A stretch of DNA of 43,070 nucleotides from Nitrosopumilales archaeon UBA218 (GCA_002499525.1 DAMC01000041.1:11862-54931); one strand, 5' to 3'. Positions 1-10,132 are shown, counted from the first letter of the stretch. The notes: a model not told the origin generated them from the sequence alone. Program-made: numbers and translations.

Positions 1-1310
1 TTATACCATCGATTTTCAAGGCTGACAGTATTAGGAACCACTGGCTTCATTGATGCGGTCCAGTACAACGTATTGTTGAATCTTAGAATATCGTTGTCTC
101 CAAACGTGATGTATGGGATTAAGCCTATCTCGGGTTTGAGTTTAGCAAATGCGGCCTCCCAATCCCAAATTCTAATCGAATCAAGAACATCCTTATTGCT
201 TTCAATATAGCTTTTGATATTATTTGGGGAGACAGAAGTTAATTTCACATCATTAGGAGTCACTTTGACTTTGTCAAGCTCAGCAAGGTATCTGTTAAGT
301 GAGATTTGTTGTTGAGTATAAGGTCCGAGATACTCTATTTTTCTTGTGTCAGCAATACTGTTGTTGACTGCCATAATAGAGCCTGCGATGATACCAATTG
401 CGATAAGTGCAAAGATTCGGATGTAAAGATCTCGTTTAATCGGATGCGTGAGAACCTTGGAACGAATCTTATCAAAGATAGAAAATCCAACAAGTGCAGA
501 ACCTGCTGCCAAAGTTCCGCCAATTACATATTTTGTGTTGTAGTCAATTTGTTCTGTAAAAAACATGTTGATGCCAGCCCAAATTATTCCAATTCCGATT
601 ACTGCCTCTATGGTGGAGACATAATTGAGAAACTTGGGTTTACCTTGTGAAGAATCATAGATGTATGAAGTGAGAACACGAATTATTGAATGGAAGCCAA
701 CATAGATCACTAATCTTATTCCAATTACTCCTAAAATTGGCGGAATTATCAGTGTGAGTGTTGGAATTAATTCAATTACAGTTTGAGCACCGTCACTTCC
801 TTGCGGGGTACCAAATGGTAGTGAGAATAATTCTGGCAGTTTGTTAACTCCCAAATCATTGCCTTCTAGGATGTAAGTCAATCCCAAACCAAACATAATG
901 TTCACAAAGAATGCACCAAAGAGGAAAATCTTGGTTAATTGCCATATTGTAAATTGAGGAATACTCATCTTGTATTCCCTGAAGCTGGAAATGTTCTTAG
1001 ATACAGGATCGCTTCTTGACCTGTTTAGAAAAGTAATCATCACGTTAATAGAATACCAAACTACAGAAGAGCGATTTTTTACATCGACATTAACTAACGC
1101 TATTGCTGCAAGTACAACTGCAGAGATTAATGAGTATTGTAGTGGTTTTGTGAATTGAGAACCAAACTCACTCATATTCATTGATAATATGACTCCCTGA
1201 TTGCCAATCATTATCAGCACGGCAATACCAATAGCTACAACAATCCCAAAACGGATTAGCTTACCTGCATTTGGGGGTGGGCCATTAGATTGTGAAGAAG
1301 AATTATACAA
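1..1310 (-). CDS. UPF0182 family membrane protein, N-terminal part (runs off the window start)
   Basis: Not in the ORF track because it has no stop inside the window. My translation from TTG at 1310 reads MYNSSSQSNGPPPNAGKLIRFGIVVAIG... with several hydrophobic TM segments, then ...IRIWDWEAAFAKLKPEIGLIPY..., and stays open to position 1. Family assignment is by recognition. Confidence 0.75.
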   Translation of the reverse strand, partial: MYNSSSQSNGPPPNAGKLIRFGIVVAIGIAVLIMIGNQGVILSMNMSEFGSQFTKPLQYSLISAVVLAAIALVNVDVKNRSSVVWYSINVMITFLNRSRSDPVSKNISSFREYKMSIPQFTIWQLTKIFLFGAFFVNIMFGLGLTYILEGNDLGVNKLPELFSLPFGTPQGSDGAQTVIELIPTLTLIIPPILGVIGIRLVIYVGFHSIIRVLTSYIYDSSQGKPKFLNYVSTIEAVIGIGIIWAGINMFFTEQIDYNTKYVIGGTLAAGSALVGFSIFDKIRSKVLTHPIKRDLYIRIFALIAIGIIAGSIMAVNNSIADTRKIEYLGPYTQQQISLNRYLAELDKVKVTPNDVKLTSVSPNNIKSYIESNKDVLDSIRIWDWEAAFAKLKPEIGLIPYITFGDNDILRFNNTLYWTASMKPVVPNTVSLENRWY

Positions 1311-1363
1311 ATTCAATTTCTCTGATTTTTGGATAAATTAATGTCTTAGGGGGGAATTTGCGC

Positions 1364-2482
1364 CTAGACTACACTAGCACAGCCCTTACAGAGAAGATAA
1401 ACTGCTGCATACTTTGGTATTGTAATCCGTTCTTTTTGGTAAGGCCCGAATTTTTTGTTTTTCAACTTGAACGAAACTGGGCAATTGGCCTCAACTGTGA
1501 CATCACTTTCATCGATAAAACAGGCATCCAATCCAGGATTGAATTTTGAAATATCTGTACAACGCATTTTTGTGAGACCAGACTTGGAGTTTATAGTACC
1601 ACCTAATCGAAAAATACGATGAACGTCAATTGTCACATTTGGATCTATCTTAACTCCAATTTCCTGTTGTAGTGATTCAATTTTTTTCTTAAAAGAAAAG
1701 TAACCATCAGATATAATTTGTTTTGATATTTTCTGTTTGTTTGATTTGGAGTTAAAAACTGCTCTTGAAACACGTCCAAGCCAACCTCGATCATCAAGAT
1801 CTGGAAAAGTGGATTTGGTAAAGTTGGTTCTTGCTCCAAATGTTTCAGGGATTGCTCCTCGAAATGTCAAATAATCAACTAATTCTGCTCTATGCCGAGA
1901 ATCTAGCTTTTCATATTCTGGAACTGATGCGTGAATGTGAAAGCCCTCATTACCGGAATAATACACGATAATATTTTCAGAGTAAATACCAAGATCTGTT
2001 GTGAGTATTGAAATTAGTTTGGTTACTTCTTTTTTTGCACCCAAGATGCATTCATTGCAGAGTAATGAGGTTGTCTCAAATTTTGTTGAATTACATTGTG
2101 GGCATGAATCTGTATTTGAAAAAACAGATGAACAGATACTACATTTTTTTGTAGTGTGACTAACACGACAAGGTAAATGAAGATCTTTTGCATCAATATC
2201 AAAAATCAAATCAGCATTTTGCCAGTCTTTTTCAGCCATTGGGAGATTTGGAAATGAATATTTTGCATTTGAACAATAAACATCAGATGGAATGTTCTTC
2301 ATTAGCATGAGATGCAATTCTTTATCTGATTTTAGAGAGATGTGTCTATTCATGCCAGAATTAAATTTTTGATAGCCAAACTCTCTCATCTCTGGGTTTT
2401 TTGGTGTGTGAATTAGATCAAAATGTTCAAAGTAGTATTTTTTGAAAGCATCCTCAAGAAATTTTACGTCCTTCTCATGCAT
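1364..2482 (-). CDS. priS: DNA primase small (catalytic) subunit
   Basis: AEP motifs REFG, LIFDIDAKD, YYSGNEGFHIH and IDPNVTIDVHRIFRL; overlaps priL. Confidence 0.95.
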   Translation of the reverse strand: MHEKDVKFLEDAFKKYYFEHFDLIHTPKNPEMREFGYQKFNSGMNRHISLKSDKELHLMLMKNIPSDVYCSNAKYSFPNLPMAEKDWQNADLIFDIDAKDLHLPCRVSHTTKKCSICSSVFSNTDSCPQCNSTKFETTSLLCNECILGAKKEVTKLISILTTDLGIYSENIIVYYSGNEGFHIHASVPEYEKLDSRHRAELVDYLTFRGAIPETFGARTNFTKSTFPDLDDRGWLGRVSRAVFNSKSNKQKISKQIISDGYFSFKKKIESLQQEIGVKIDPNVTIDVHRIFRLGGTINSKSGLTKMRCTDISKFNPGLDACFIDESDVTVEANCPVSFKLKNKKFGPYQKERITIPKYAAVYLLCKGCASVV

Positions 2483-3482
2483 TGGTAATCTTTTTCCTGC
2501 CGAATTGAAGTGGATTTACGATGTTTGCACATTCTGGTGTTGCAAAACAAAGGTTTTCACTTTTCAGCTTCTCACATGAAGGGCATGCGTATTTGGTGCC
2601 GCTCCCAAAGTTTCCTGCCAAATGTTTGAGTTGATAAAGTGTGATTTTTTCGTTGTAGTCAGGTGCATTTTTGAAAAGCGGTGCTACTTCTTCAATTGTT
2701 TGTCCCTTGTTTAGCAGATAAGTAGCCAACATGAATCTACCAGAATGAGGTAAATTTTCTCCCTTGGAGAGAATTTCAAGGGCGTGTTTTACACATGGGG
2801 GTTGCTCGGTTGTTTCAATAATTTGAACCTTGAATTTTTTTGCTAAATCAAGTAGTGTATTGATTGAGCTTCTAAAAGATTCTGGGAGATCAGGAATGTT
2901 AGCAGAATTAATTTTTTTGCTGATATAATTGTCAAGCTCTTTTCTAATGAGTCGAACTGCTTCATGAGCAGATAGGAAGACGTTGCCGCCATCGACTAGT
3001 CGATTGACAAGTTTCCATTCCTGCTCATGGAAATGTACTGCGTGCATCAGATAATCAGATGCAGGAATTACAAAATAATCTCCAGATTTTGTTACATTCA
3101 TGGAAAATAAGTCTTTGATGATCTTAATTGCCAGCTCATCGTTTGTGTGTAAATTAACAAGATCTTTTTCCAAGAATTTTTCCGCACGCCGAGCCTCTGA
3201 TAGGGAAAATCGTTTGATCAAAGTGTTCATTCCGGATTGCTTTAGTAAGATTACTGCAATAAGAAACGAGAATACTTCTTTATCTAAATTTTTAATAGAA
3301 AAATCAGAGTTGAATATTTTTCCATCAGCTGCAGTTTGTATTCTATTAATAGCCAGTTCAATTATGGGTTTTAAATCAGAATCACTCCCAAATTGTTCCA
3401 GAGTGAATCCTTTTTCGCGCAGATAATTCCCTGCCTCTGTGAGAAACGGATATTTTGCAATTTCTTCCGTCCCTAGTTTCAT
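2475..3482 (-). CDS. priL: DNA primase large subunit
   Basis: C-terminal Fe-S domain: PPCVKH...LPHSGRF...YQLKHLAG...YACPSCEKL...C...C; adjacent to priS. Confidence 0.95.
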   Translation of the reverse strand: MKLGTEEIAKYPFLTEAGNYLREKGFTLEQFGSDSDLKPIIELAINRIQTAADGKIFNSDFSIKNLDKEVFSFLIAVILLKQSGMNTLIKRFSLSEARRAEKFLEKDLVNLHTNDELAIKIIKDLFSMNVTKSGDYFVIPASDYLMHAVHFHEQEWKLVNRLVDGGNVFLSAHEAVRLIRKELDNYISKKINSANIPDLPESFRSSINTLLDLAKKFKVQIIETTEQPPCVKHALEILSKGENLPHSGRFMLATYLLNKGQTIEEVAPLFKNAPDYNEKITLYQLKHLAGNFGSGTKYACPSCEKLKSENLCFATPECANIVNPLQFGRKKITNA

Positions 3483-3563
3483 AACTTCATTACAAAATTT
3501 CTAGTTAAAAATTAGTCTTTGAGATTGATTTTGGTTTAAATTATGAGAAGGTATCATTCTTGT

Positions 3564-4403
3564 ATGCGAGTAGGATTGCATGTTTCAATTTCGGGCTCGC
3601 TCTCGGCTGCCATAGATAATGCTGTAGAAAGAGAATGTAATGCTTTTCAGATATTCACCCGTAGTCCCAGAATGTGGACTGCAAAAGATATTCCTAAGAA
3701 AGATTCGCAGGAATTTAGGGAAAAACTTGCCGCTAGTGGAATTGACAAGTTAGCAACAGTAGCACATATGCCCTATCTACCAAATTTGGCATCGCCCAAT
3801 CCAGCAACACATGCAAAATCTGTCTCTGTTTTAGTCAAGGAGGTTCAGAGATGCGGAGAATTAGGCATACCTTTCTTGGTTGCACATCTAGGTAGCCATA
3901 TGGGTGAGGGGGAAGACAAAGGTATTTCGCAGTTGGTAAAGGCATTTGATAAAGCTGCCGAGACAAAAAACGATGTAATGATATTATTAGAAAATACTGC
4001 TGGACAAAAAAATTCTGTTGGTTCTGAATTTATCCAGTGGGCAGAAATTTTTTCTAAACTCAAGTCCAAAAACAGATTTGGTGTGTGTCTTGATACTTGT
4101 CATGCGTTTGCATACGGTTATGATCTAAGAACGGAGAAAGATGTTTCTGATACTTTTAAAAAATTTGATGATTCTATTGGATTTGAAAATCTAAAGATTT
4201 TGCACTTGAATGACTCTAAAGGTGAATTAGGTTCAAACCTAGATAGACATGAGCACATCGGATTAGGTAAAATTGGTGAGAAGGGAATTGCAGCAGTGGT
4301 AAAGTTAATGAACAAAAAAGATATTCCGATAATTTTGGAAACACCGATTGATGATACGCGTGATGACTTTGGAAATATTAAAAAGGTAAAAGAGATTGCA
4401 TAG
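3564..4403 (+). CDS. nfo: Endonuclease IV (AP endonuclease)
   Basis: Motifs GLHVS, HMPYLPNL, HLGS, LLENTAG, CLDTCHAF, HLNDSK, DRHEHIGLG and LETP. Start moved to ATG 3564, about 24 nt after TTTAAA at 3535-3540. Confidence 0.95.
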   Translation: MRVGLHVSISGSLSAAIDNAVERECNAFQIFTRSPRMWTAKDIPKKDSQEFREKLAASGIDKLATVAHMPYLPNLASPNPATHAKSVSVLVKEVQRCGELGIPFLVAHLGSHMGEGEDKGISQLVKAFDKAAETKNDVMILLENTAGQKNSVGSEFIQWAEIFSKLKSKNRFGVCLDTCHAFAYGYDLRTEKDVSDTFKKFDDSIGFENLKILHLNDSKGELGSNLDRHEHIGLGKIGEKGIAAVVKLMNKKDIPIILETPIDDTRDDFGNIKKVKEIA

Positions 4404-4438
4404 CTTGAAATTTATTCCAATGATATAGTTGAGCTATT

Positions 4439-5896
4439 ATGAATTATGATACAGTAATGCAATTAGCACTTGAACGTGGTTTCTATTTTCCAAGCTGTGA
4501 AATTTATGCTGATGCACAAGCAGGATTTTGGGAATATGGTCCGTCTGGTGTCTCGATTAAAACTAAATTCATAGAGTTATGGAGGCGCGAATTATTGCGT
4601 CGCGATGGAATGTTGGAAATTGACGGTTCACAAATCATGTCAAAATCTGTATTTGAAGCGTCAGGTCATTTAGCAAGCTTTGCAGATCCTGTGGTTCGCT
4701 GCATTAGTTGTAAACTAAATTACAGAGTAGACAAGCTGATCTACGAGCAAACAAAAATAGAAATCCCAGAGAGTTCAGATTTAGTAGAATTTGATAAGAT
4801 TGTGACTGAAAAAAATATTCGTTGCCCCAAGTGTAAGGGTGAATTTGAAAGAACACGAAAATTCAACATGATGTTCAAGGTTGAAATTGGTCCAGAAGCA
4901 GAAGCTGCGTATCTTAGGCCTGAAACATGTCAATCCATTTTTGTTGATTTCCCACGTCTATTCAAAACTATGAGAGGTAAGCTTCCACTAGGGGTTGCGC
5001 AAATTGGAAAAAGTTTTCGAAATGAGATCTCACCACGACAATCTTTGTTGAGACTAAGAGAATTTTATCAAGCAGAAATTGAGGTTTTTTGTAATCCTAC
5101 AAAACTAAATGAGCTGGAAAGATTCGAGGAAGTCAAAAACACTGTGATTCGATTATGGATTGATAATTCTCTCAAATCTATGACATGCCAAGAGGCAGTA
5201 GAATCAGGAATCATACCTAACAAGTTTGTTGCATATTATCTTGGTTTATTGACCGAGTTTTATGAGCGAACTGGAATAGATGTAACAAAATCTAGATTCC
5301 GAAGACTAGGAGAAAAAGAAAAGGCATTCTATGCTAGTGTGGCATTTGATTTTGAAGTACAGACCACGATTGGTTGGTTGGAACTTGTGGCTTGTAATTA
5401 CAGATCTGATTATGATCTGATGAGTCATGCCACAAAATCTAGAGAAAAATTTGAAGTTATTGATGAAGAACAAAAAGTATTGCCACATGTATTTGAGATT
5501 TCAATGGGAATTGACCGTTCATTGTATACTATTTTGGAACATGGTTTACGAGAAGAGAAAGAGCATGATAGAACTGTATTGTCCATCAAGCCATATTTGG
5601 CACCAATTCATGTCGGAGTTTTGTCTTTAGTCAAGAAGGATGGATTAAAGGAAAAAACTGATGAGATATTTATGAAAATTAAAAGAAAATATGATGCATT
5701 TTTAGATCATTCTGGAGCAATTGGTCGTAGATATAGAAGATTGGATGAAGTAGGCGCTCCATTTGCGATAACTGTAGACCATCAAACATTACAAGACGAA
5801 ACAGTTACTTTGAGAAGACGGGATTCTATGGCGCAGGAAAGAATCAAGATCTCGGATTTAGATTCAGTTCTATCCAAAGAGGTATCTTTTCCATAA
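4439..5896 (+). CDS. glyS: Glycine--tRNA ligase (homodimeric archaeal/eukaryal type)
   Basis: YLRPETCQ, GKSFRNEISPRQSLLRLREF and anticodon domain SGAIGRRYRRLDEVG; CxxC/CxxC insertion. Confidence 0.97.
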   Translation: MNYDTVMQLALERGFYFPSCEIYADAQAGFWEYGPSGVSIKTKFIELWRRELLRRDGMLEIDGSQIMSKSVFEASGHLASFADPVVRCISCKLNYRVDKLIYEQTKIEIPESSDLVEFDKIVTEKNIRCPKCKGEFERTRKFNMMFKVEIGPEAEAAYLRPETCQSIFVDFPRLFKTMRGKLPLGVAQIGKSFRNEISPRQSLLRLREFYQAEIEVFCNPTKLNELERFEEVKNTVIRLWIDNSLKSMTCQEAVESGIIPNKFVAYYLGLLTEFYERTGIDVTKSRFRRLGEKEKAFYASVAFDFEVQTTIGWLELVACNYRSDYDLMSHATKSREKFEVIDEEQKVLPHVFEISMGIDRSLYTILEHGLREEKEHDRTVLSIKPYLAPIHVGVLSLVKKDGLKEKTDEIFMKIKRKYDAFLDHSGAIGRRYRRLDEVGAPFAITVDHQTLQDETVTLRRRDSMAQERIKISDLDSVLSKEVSFP

Positions 5897-6030
5897 TAGC
5901 ATTGATGAGTATAGATCTGATTATTACTCTAACTTTTAATTAGTATTTACAAGATAATTATTTTATTCAAAAAAAGAGATAAGATAGATCTTAGAAATAA
6001 AGAAACAAAAAGAATTTCGTCTGTCAAACT

Positions 6031-6681
6031 CTATTCGTAAGTAGAGGAGCTTGATTGGGACGAAAGTCCAGATGGTGAGGGGACGGATGGAAATCTGTCT
6101 CCAATTTGTTGTTCTGCAACTGCTGATGCTTCTTGTAAGATCTTTTCAGTTTCTTCGCTAGAAACGTCAGATCCGACGTTGAATGCATCTCCTGCAAGTG
6201 AGTCCATCATGAGACCGCTGAGTGTTTGTGTCATTGCATTTAGTTCAGCATCTGCTTCAGGCATAAATCGTCCTAGAGATGATTTGAGGCCCTTCATTGT
6301 CGACATTGCTGGACCTATTGCTACCATTGCATCACCCAGATCATGGATGGTGGTAAGGCGCAATTGTACTTGCTCTAGTGCCATTCTTGCATTGCCTAAC
6401 ATTTTTGTGACTTTGCGAATTTCAGCTAGTTCGTTTGATAAGACGCGACTTGCACTTGTGTCGTGCTGTTGCATTGCAGTTACGATTCGTTTGAATAGTT
6501 GAGCATCACGTTCATGCAATTTATTTAACATTGAATCCATTTTTGAGATTTGTAGTTGCAGTTTGTTGACTGCGGTTTGAATTCTTGGTTTCAATGCTCC
6601 TTGTGGTTTAACAGAGTCTCGAAGTCTGTCTGCCACGCTTGCAGTGTCCTGACGTGCCCAATTTTTCTCGAAGCCGGTCAT
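6031..6681 (-). CDS. cdvB: ESCRT-III / Snf7 family protein (short CdvB paralogue)
   Basis: Snf7 core (LSNELAEIRK...ALEQVQLRLTTIHDLGD), acidic helix EETEKILQEA and MIM2-like FPSVP; clearly paralogous to the gene at 30672-31313. Confidence 0.9.
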   Translation of the reverse strand: MTGFEKNWARQDTASVADRLRDSVKPQGALKPRIQTAVNKLQLQISKMDSMLNKLHERDAQLFKRIVTAMQQHDTSASRVLSNELAEIRKVTKMLGNARMALEQVQLRLTTIHDLGDAMVAIGPAMSTMKGLKSSLGRFMPEADAELNAMTQTLSGLMMDSLAGDAFNVGSDVSSEETEKILQEASAVAEQQIGDRFPSVPSPSGLSSQSSSSTYE

Positions 6682-6787
6682 GAAGCAGAGTTTTAGATTT
6701 TCTTCTTAATAGAAATAGTGTATTTTAGTGAGCTAGAAACTAAATTTAGCTAACAAGATGTAAATTTACTCGATTAAAATTTACTTC

Positions 6788-7528
6788 ATGAAAATAGCAG
6801 TATTTGATTCTGGCATGGGATCCTTGTCGATAATTAAATCCATCCAAAAAGTCACTAAAGCGGAAATAATCTATTTTGCAGATCAAAAAAATTATCCATA
6901 TGGAAAAAAATCAAAATCAGAGCTCAAGAAAATAATTCAAACAACTATCACAAAGATTAAACAAAAATTTGAACCAGACATGATTATTATTGCATCAAAC
7001 ACTCCATCGATTTTATTTTCCGAATTTTTGAATGGTGATATAATTGGAGTATTACCACCAGTTAAATTAGCTTCAAAAATATCAAAAACAAAAAATATTG
7101 CCATTCTTGCTACATCTGCAACAATAAAAAGTAAGGAACTTAATTTATTTATCAAAAAAGAATCAATTGGTGTTAACGTAAAAAGAATTGATGCATCAGA
7201 GTTGATAGATCTTGTTGAGAGTGGAAAATTTTTAACAAATAAAAAATTTTGTAGAAAAATTATTCGTAGTATAGGAAAGCATTTTGAAGGAATCGATGTA
7301 ATAACATTATCAAGTACTCATTTACCTTTTTTATTACCACTACTAAAAACAGAGTTTAGATCTATCAAGTTTTTAGATCCGGCAGAATCTATAGCAAAAA
7401 AAATTTCTCTTAGGATGAAGAAATCAAAACGAAATAGGTTAAGAATTTACACATCAAAGGAACCGAAGATTTTACAAAGAAATTTACAAAGAATTGGAAT
7501 TAAAAATAGGGTTAATTTTTTGGCTTAG
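6788..7528 (+). CDS. Glutamate racemase (MurI)-like Asp/Glu racemase family protein with Ser at both catalytic Cys positions
   Basis: MurI motifs FDSGMG, YFADQKNYPYG, IAILAT and LVESG. Canonical ACNT and GCTH read ASNT and SSTH. Confidence 0.85.
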   Translation: MKIAVFDSGMGSLSIIKSIQKVTKAEIIYFADQKNYPYGKKSKSELKKIIQTTITKIKQKFEPDMIIIASNTPSILFSEFLNGDIIGVLPPVKLASKISKTKNIAILATSATIKSKELNLFIKKESIGVNVKRIDASELIDLVESGKFLTNKKFCRKIIRSIGKHFEGIDVITLSSTHLPFLLPLLKTEFRSIKFLDPAESIAKKISLRMKKSKRNRLRIYTSKEPKILQRNLQRIGIKNRVNFLA

Positions 7529-8279
7529 CCTTTCTATATCCGTGACTAAATGTTTTATCGTATAATTTGGAATACTCGTAAGATTTAGGTTGAATTACGT
7601 CTCCAACTATTACAATTGCAGTACGAGAAATTTTTTCTGCCCAAACCTTTTTGGTGATATCCTCCAAAGTGCCTATGAGAATTTTTTGATCCGGCCAACT
7701 TGCACGATATACTACGGCAACAGGCGTGGTTTGTGGGTATCCTCCCTTGATTGCTTCTTTTACTATGTCAGAAATGAGGTGGACACTTAGATAGAAAATC
7801 ATGGTGGCTTTGTGCTTGGCCAACTCTGAGATTTGTTCTTCTTTTGGTACCTTGGTGCGCTTTTCTGCACGTGTAATAATCATGGTTTGAGTGACTCCGG
7901 GCAGGGTTAGCTGTAATCCTAGTGCAGCTGAAGAGGCAAGAAATGATGTAACGCCTGGTACGACAATACATTCGATTCCGTCTTTTTGTAAGTTATCAGT
8001 TTGTTCTCTGATTGCTCCATATACAGCAGGATCACCATCATGTAGACGTATGACTAGTTTTCCTTTTTCTGCATTTTTTTTGAGAATATCAAAGATTTCT
8101 TCGCGTACTAGACTGGCAGCATCATGAGTTGTTGCTTTTTTACATAGTTTCATTATTTGAACTGGAATGAGAGATCCAGAGTAAACTACAACATCTGCTT
8201 TTTGTAGTAATTTTTTGGCTTTAACTGTGATCAATTCTGGATCTCCAGGTCCACATCCGACAAAGTATACTCTAGACAC
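7512..8279 (-). CDS. cobM: (Cobalt-)precorrin-4 C11-methyltransferase (CobM/CbiF)
   Basis: VYFVGCGPGDPELIT, YSGSLI, RLHDGDP, LTLPGVTQT, VVYRASWPDQ and YSKLYDKTFSHGYR. Confidence 0.95.
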   Translation of the reverse strand: MSRVYFVGCGPGDPELITVKAKKLLQKADVVVYSGSLIPVQIMKLCKKATTHDAASLVREEIFDILKKNAEKGKLVIRLHDGDPAVYGAIREQTDNLQKDGIECIVVPGVTSFLASSAALGLQLTLPGVTQTMIITRAEKRTKVPKEEQISELAKHKATMIFYLSVHLISDIVKEAIKGGYPQTTPVAVVYRASWPDQKILIGTLEDITKKVWAEKISRTAIVIVGDVIQPKSYEYSKLYDKTFSHGYRKAKPKN

Positions 8280-8994
8280 GTTTTACCACCATTATTGAGA
8301 AATATTTTGTAGTCATTGTATTTTCATTGACTTCACCTAATGTCATTTTTCTTACAATTTCATTTGGCGTACCCAAATCTTGACCTATTGCAAATATGGA
8401 ATCGTTGGAGAATCCAGCTTCTCTTAGTAATTTTATAACTTGATCAAAATATCTTCCATCTTTTAGAAATATCATTGTATCACAGTTTTTTGCAGTTTCC
8501 TTTACTCTAGATAGATCATAACAGGATGGTATCACTGCCATTGTCTCGGCTCCTTCTGCCAAACTGATTCCTGCCTTTGATGCAAACGTAAACATGGAAA
8601 CAATTCCAGGGATGACATTAATTTTGATTTCTGGATATTGTAATTGCAGTTGTCTGTGCAGGTATATCCAAGTGCTATACAGATATGGATCTCCTACGGT
8701 TAGATAGACTACCTTTTTTCCTTCTAAAACTTTACGTGCTAAAATTTTTGTATTTTTATCCCAGGTTGTTTCAAGTGTGTCTTTGTCTTTTACCATTGGA
8801 AAAACTAGATTTACGATTTCGGGCATTTTTGATTTATCTAATAATGATTCTACGACAGACAAAGCAATACTAGGCTTATCCTCTTTGGCAGTAGGACATG
8901 CAATGATTTCTGCTTCCTGAATTGCTTTAACGCCCTTTACAGTGAGTAACTCGGGATCCCCAGGACCACATCCGACACATATCAAATCATGCAT
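8272..8994 (-). CDS. cobI: (Cobalt-)precorrin-2 C20-methyltransferase (CobI/CbiL)
   Basis: GCGPGDPELLTVK, LVFPM, YLTVGDPYLYSTW and C-terminal YFSIM. Start set at ATG 8994. Confidence 0.93.
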   Translation of the reverse strand: MHDLICVGCGPGDPELLTVKGVKAIQEAEIIACPTAKEDKPSIALSVVESLLDKSKMPEIVNLVFPMVKDKDTLETTWDKNTKILARKVLEGKKVVYLTVGDPYLYSTWIYLHRQLQLQYPEIKINVIPGIVSMFTFASKAGISLAEGAETMAVIPSCYDLSRVKETAKNCDTMIFLKDGRYFDQVIKLLREAGFSNDSIFAIGQDLGTPNEIVRKMTLGEVNENTMTTKYFSIMVVKRV

Positions 8995-9028
8995 GGTAAC
9001 CAAAAAATTTTCCTAGTTAAAAGCGAAT

Positions 9029-9619
9029 CTAGGTTTTTGTTGCAGAGATAATTGTCACTGGATTTCTTGCTAACATCATTGTCCCAGTTTTGGTCTTTTT
9101 ACTTTTCGATATTGTAACTTGAGTGATGTCAATCTCTGAAAATCCTATTTTATTTACTATATCCAATACTGAGTAGAGTGTCTCAATTAGTATAATCCCA
9201 ATTACAATTCTAGATCCAGGTTTTAGCTTGGAATTACATAAATTTACAATATCTTTGGTATCACCACCTGTTCCACCAATGAATATTGCATCGGCCATAG
9301 GAAGTTCCATGATTTTTGCTTTGGCATCTGATAATATTACGTCCACATTTGTCAAGCCAAATTTTGAGATATTTCTTTTTGTCAGATCAACAGCTTTTGG
9401 ATCAATATCCACCGCGTAGATTTTTCCTTTTTTTCCAATTTGAAGGGCAGCTTCGATGGTGATAGAACCGCTGCCGCAACCAATGTCATAAACAATATTT
9501 TCTTCAGAGAGTCTTGCTTTACTGATTTGTATAACACGAACTTCCTCTTTTGTTATTGGAACTTCATCAGTTCTATCAAACTCTTCGTCTGGAATTCCGG
9601 GAGTCTTATAGTTCCACAT
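9029..9619 (-). CDS. cbiT: Cobalt-precorrin-6B C15-methyltransferase (decarboxylating)
   Basis: PITKEEVR, YDIGCGSGSIT, IFIGG and MLARNPVTII; part of the cobalamin cluster. Confidence 0.93.
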   Translation of the reverse strand: MWNYKTPGIPDEEFDRTDEVPITKEEVRVIQISKARLSEENIVYDIGCGSGSITIEAALQIGKKGKIYAVDIDPKAVDLTKRNISKFGLTNVDVILSDAKAKIMELPMADAIFIGGTGGDTKDIVNLCNSKLKPGSRIVIGIILIETLYSVLDIVNKIGFSEIDITQVTISKSKKTKTGTMMLARNPVTIISATKT

Positions 9620-9620
9620 T

Positions 9621-10034
9621 TTAAATTGGTTTTAGTGTAGTAACGCCTGTTGAAGGCAGATGTACTAGCGTGTATGATAGAATCCACATGAACAAATACA
9701 AGAACACGTAAGTACCTAATCCCGTAGTTACAATTTTTTTTCTATCCGAACGTGGTAAACCTATTTTGAGACCTTTACCAACTATAGCAGATCCAATAAA
9801 TACCAAAATCATAAATCCGATAGATGCCCATCTGCGTTCTTCACCCTCAATTGATTCAAACAAGAATGTGGCAATCACACCACCAATAGCTGCCATACCA
9901 ATTCTAATCCAGAAAAGTTTATCGAGTAGTTTTTTTCGTCTTTCAATTTCGTCCTGAGTATCCACTGGTGCAACATTTGGTGTATTATCATCAACCGGAT
10001 CTGTGGAATCCGGTTTTTTCTTTGGATGTTTCAA
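9621..10034 (-). CDS. Small 3-TM membrane protein, EMC6/Rab5ip-like
   Basis: Three hydrophobic segments with the pattern WIRxxxAxIGG...GLGTYVFLYLFMWILSYTL. The family call is by resemblance only. Confidence 0.55.
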   Translation of the reverse strand: MKHPKKKPDSTDPVDDNTPNVAPVDTQDEIERRKKLLDKLFWIRIGMAAIGGVIATFLFESIEGEERRWASIGFMILVFIGSAIVGKGLKIGLPRSDRKKIVTTGLGTYVFLYLFMWILSYTLVHLPSTGVTTLKPI

Positions 10035-10132
10035 TGAAATTTCTAAGGATGACTCGACTGTGTCAGGTTTAAAATGTTTGGTCGCATTCAGTTCATTAGT
10101 GAGGATATGGTTGTGGTATTTAGCGGATTGTT

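Noticed and set aside
306-1158. Track ORFs at 306-650, 335-523 and 970-1158
   Set aside because: They are shadow frames of the long minus-strand UPF0182-like gene that runs off the window.
7512-7528. Short 3' overlaps of convergent genes (also 13108-13122, 15338-15357, 25391-25394, 35330-35333)
   Set aside because: An ordinary consequence of a compact archaeal genome.
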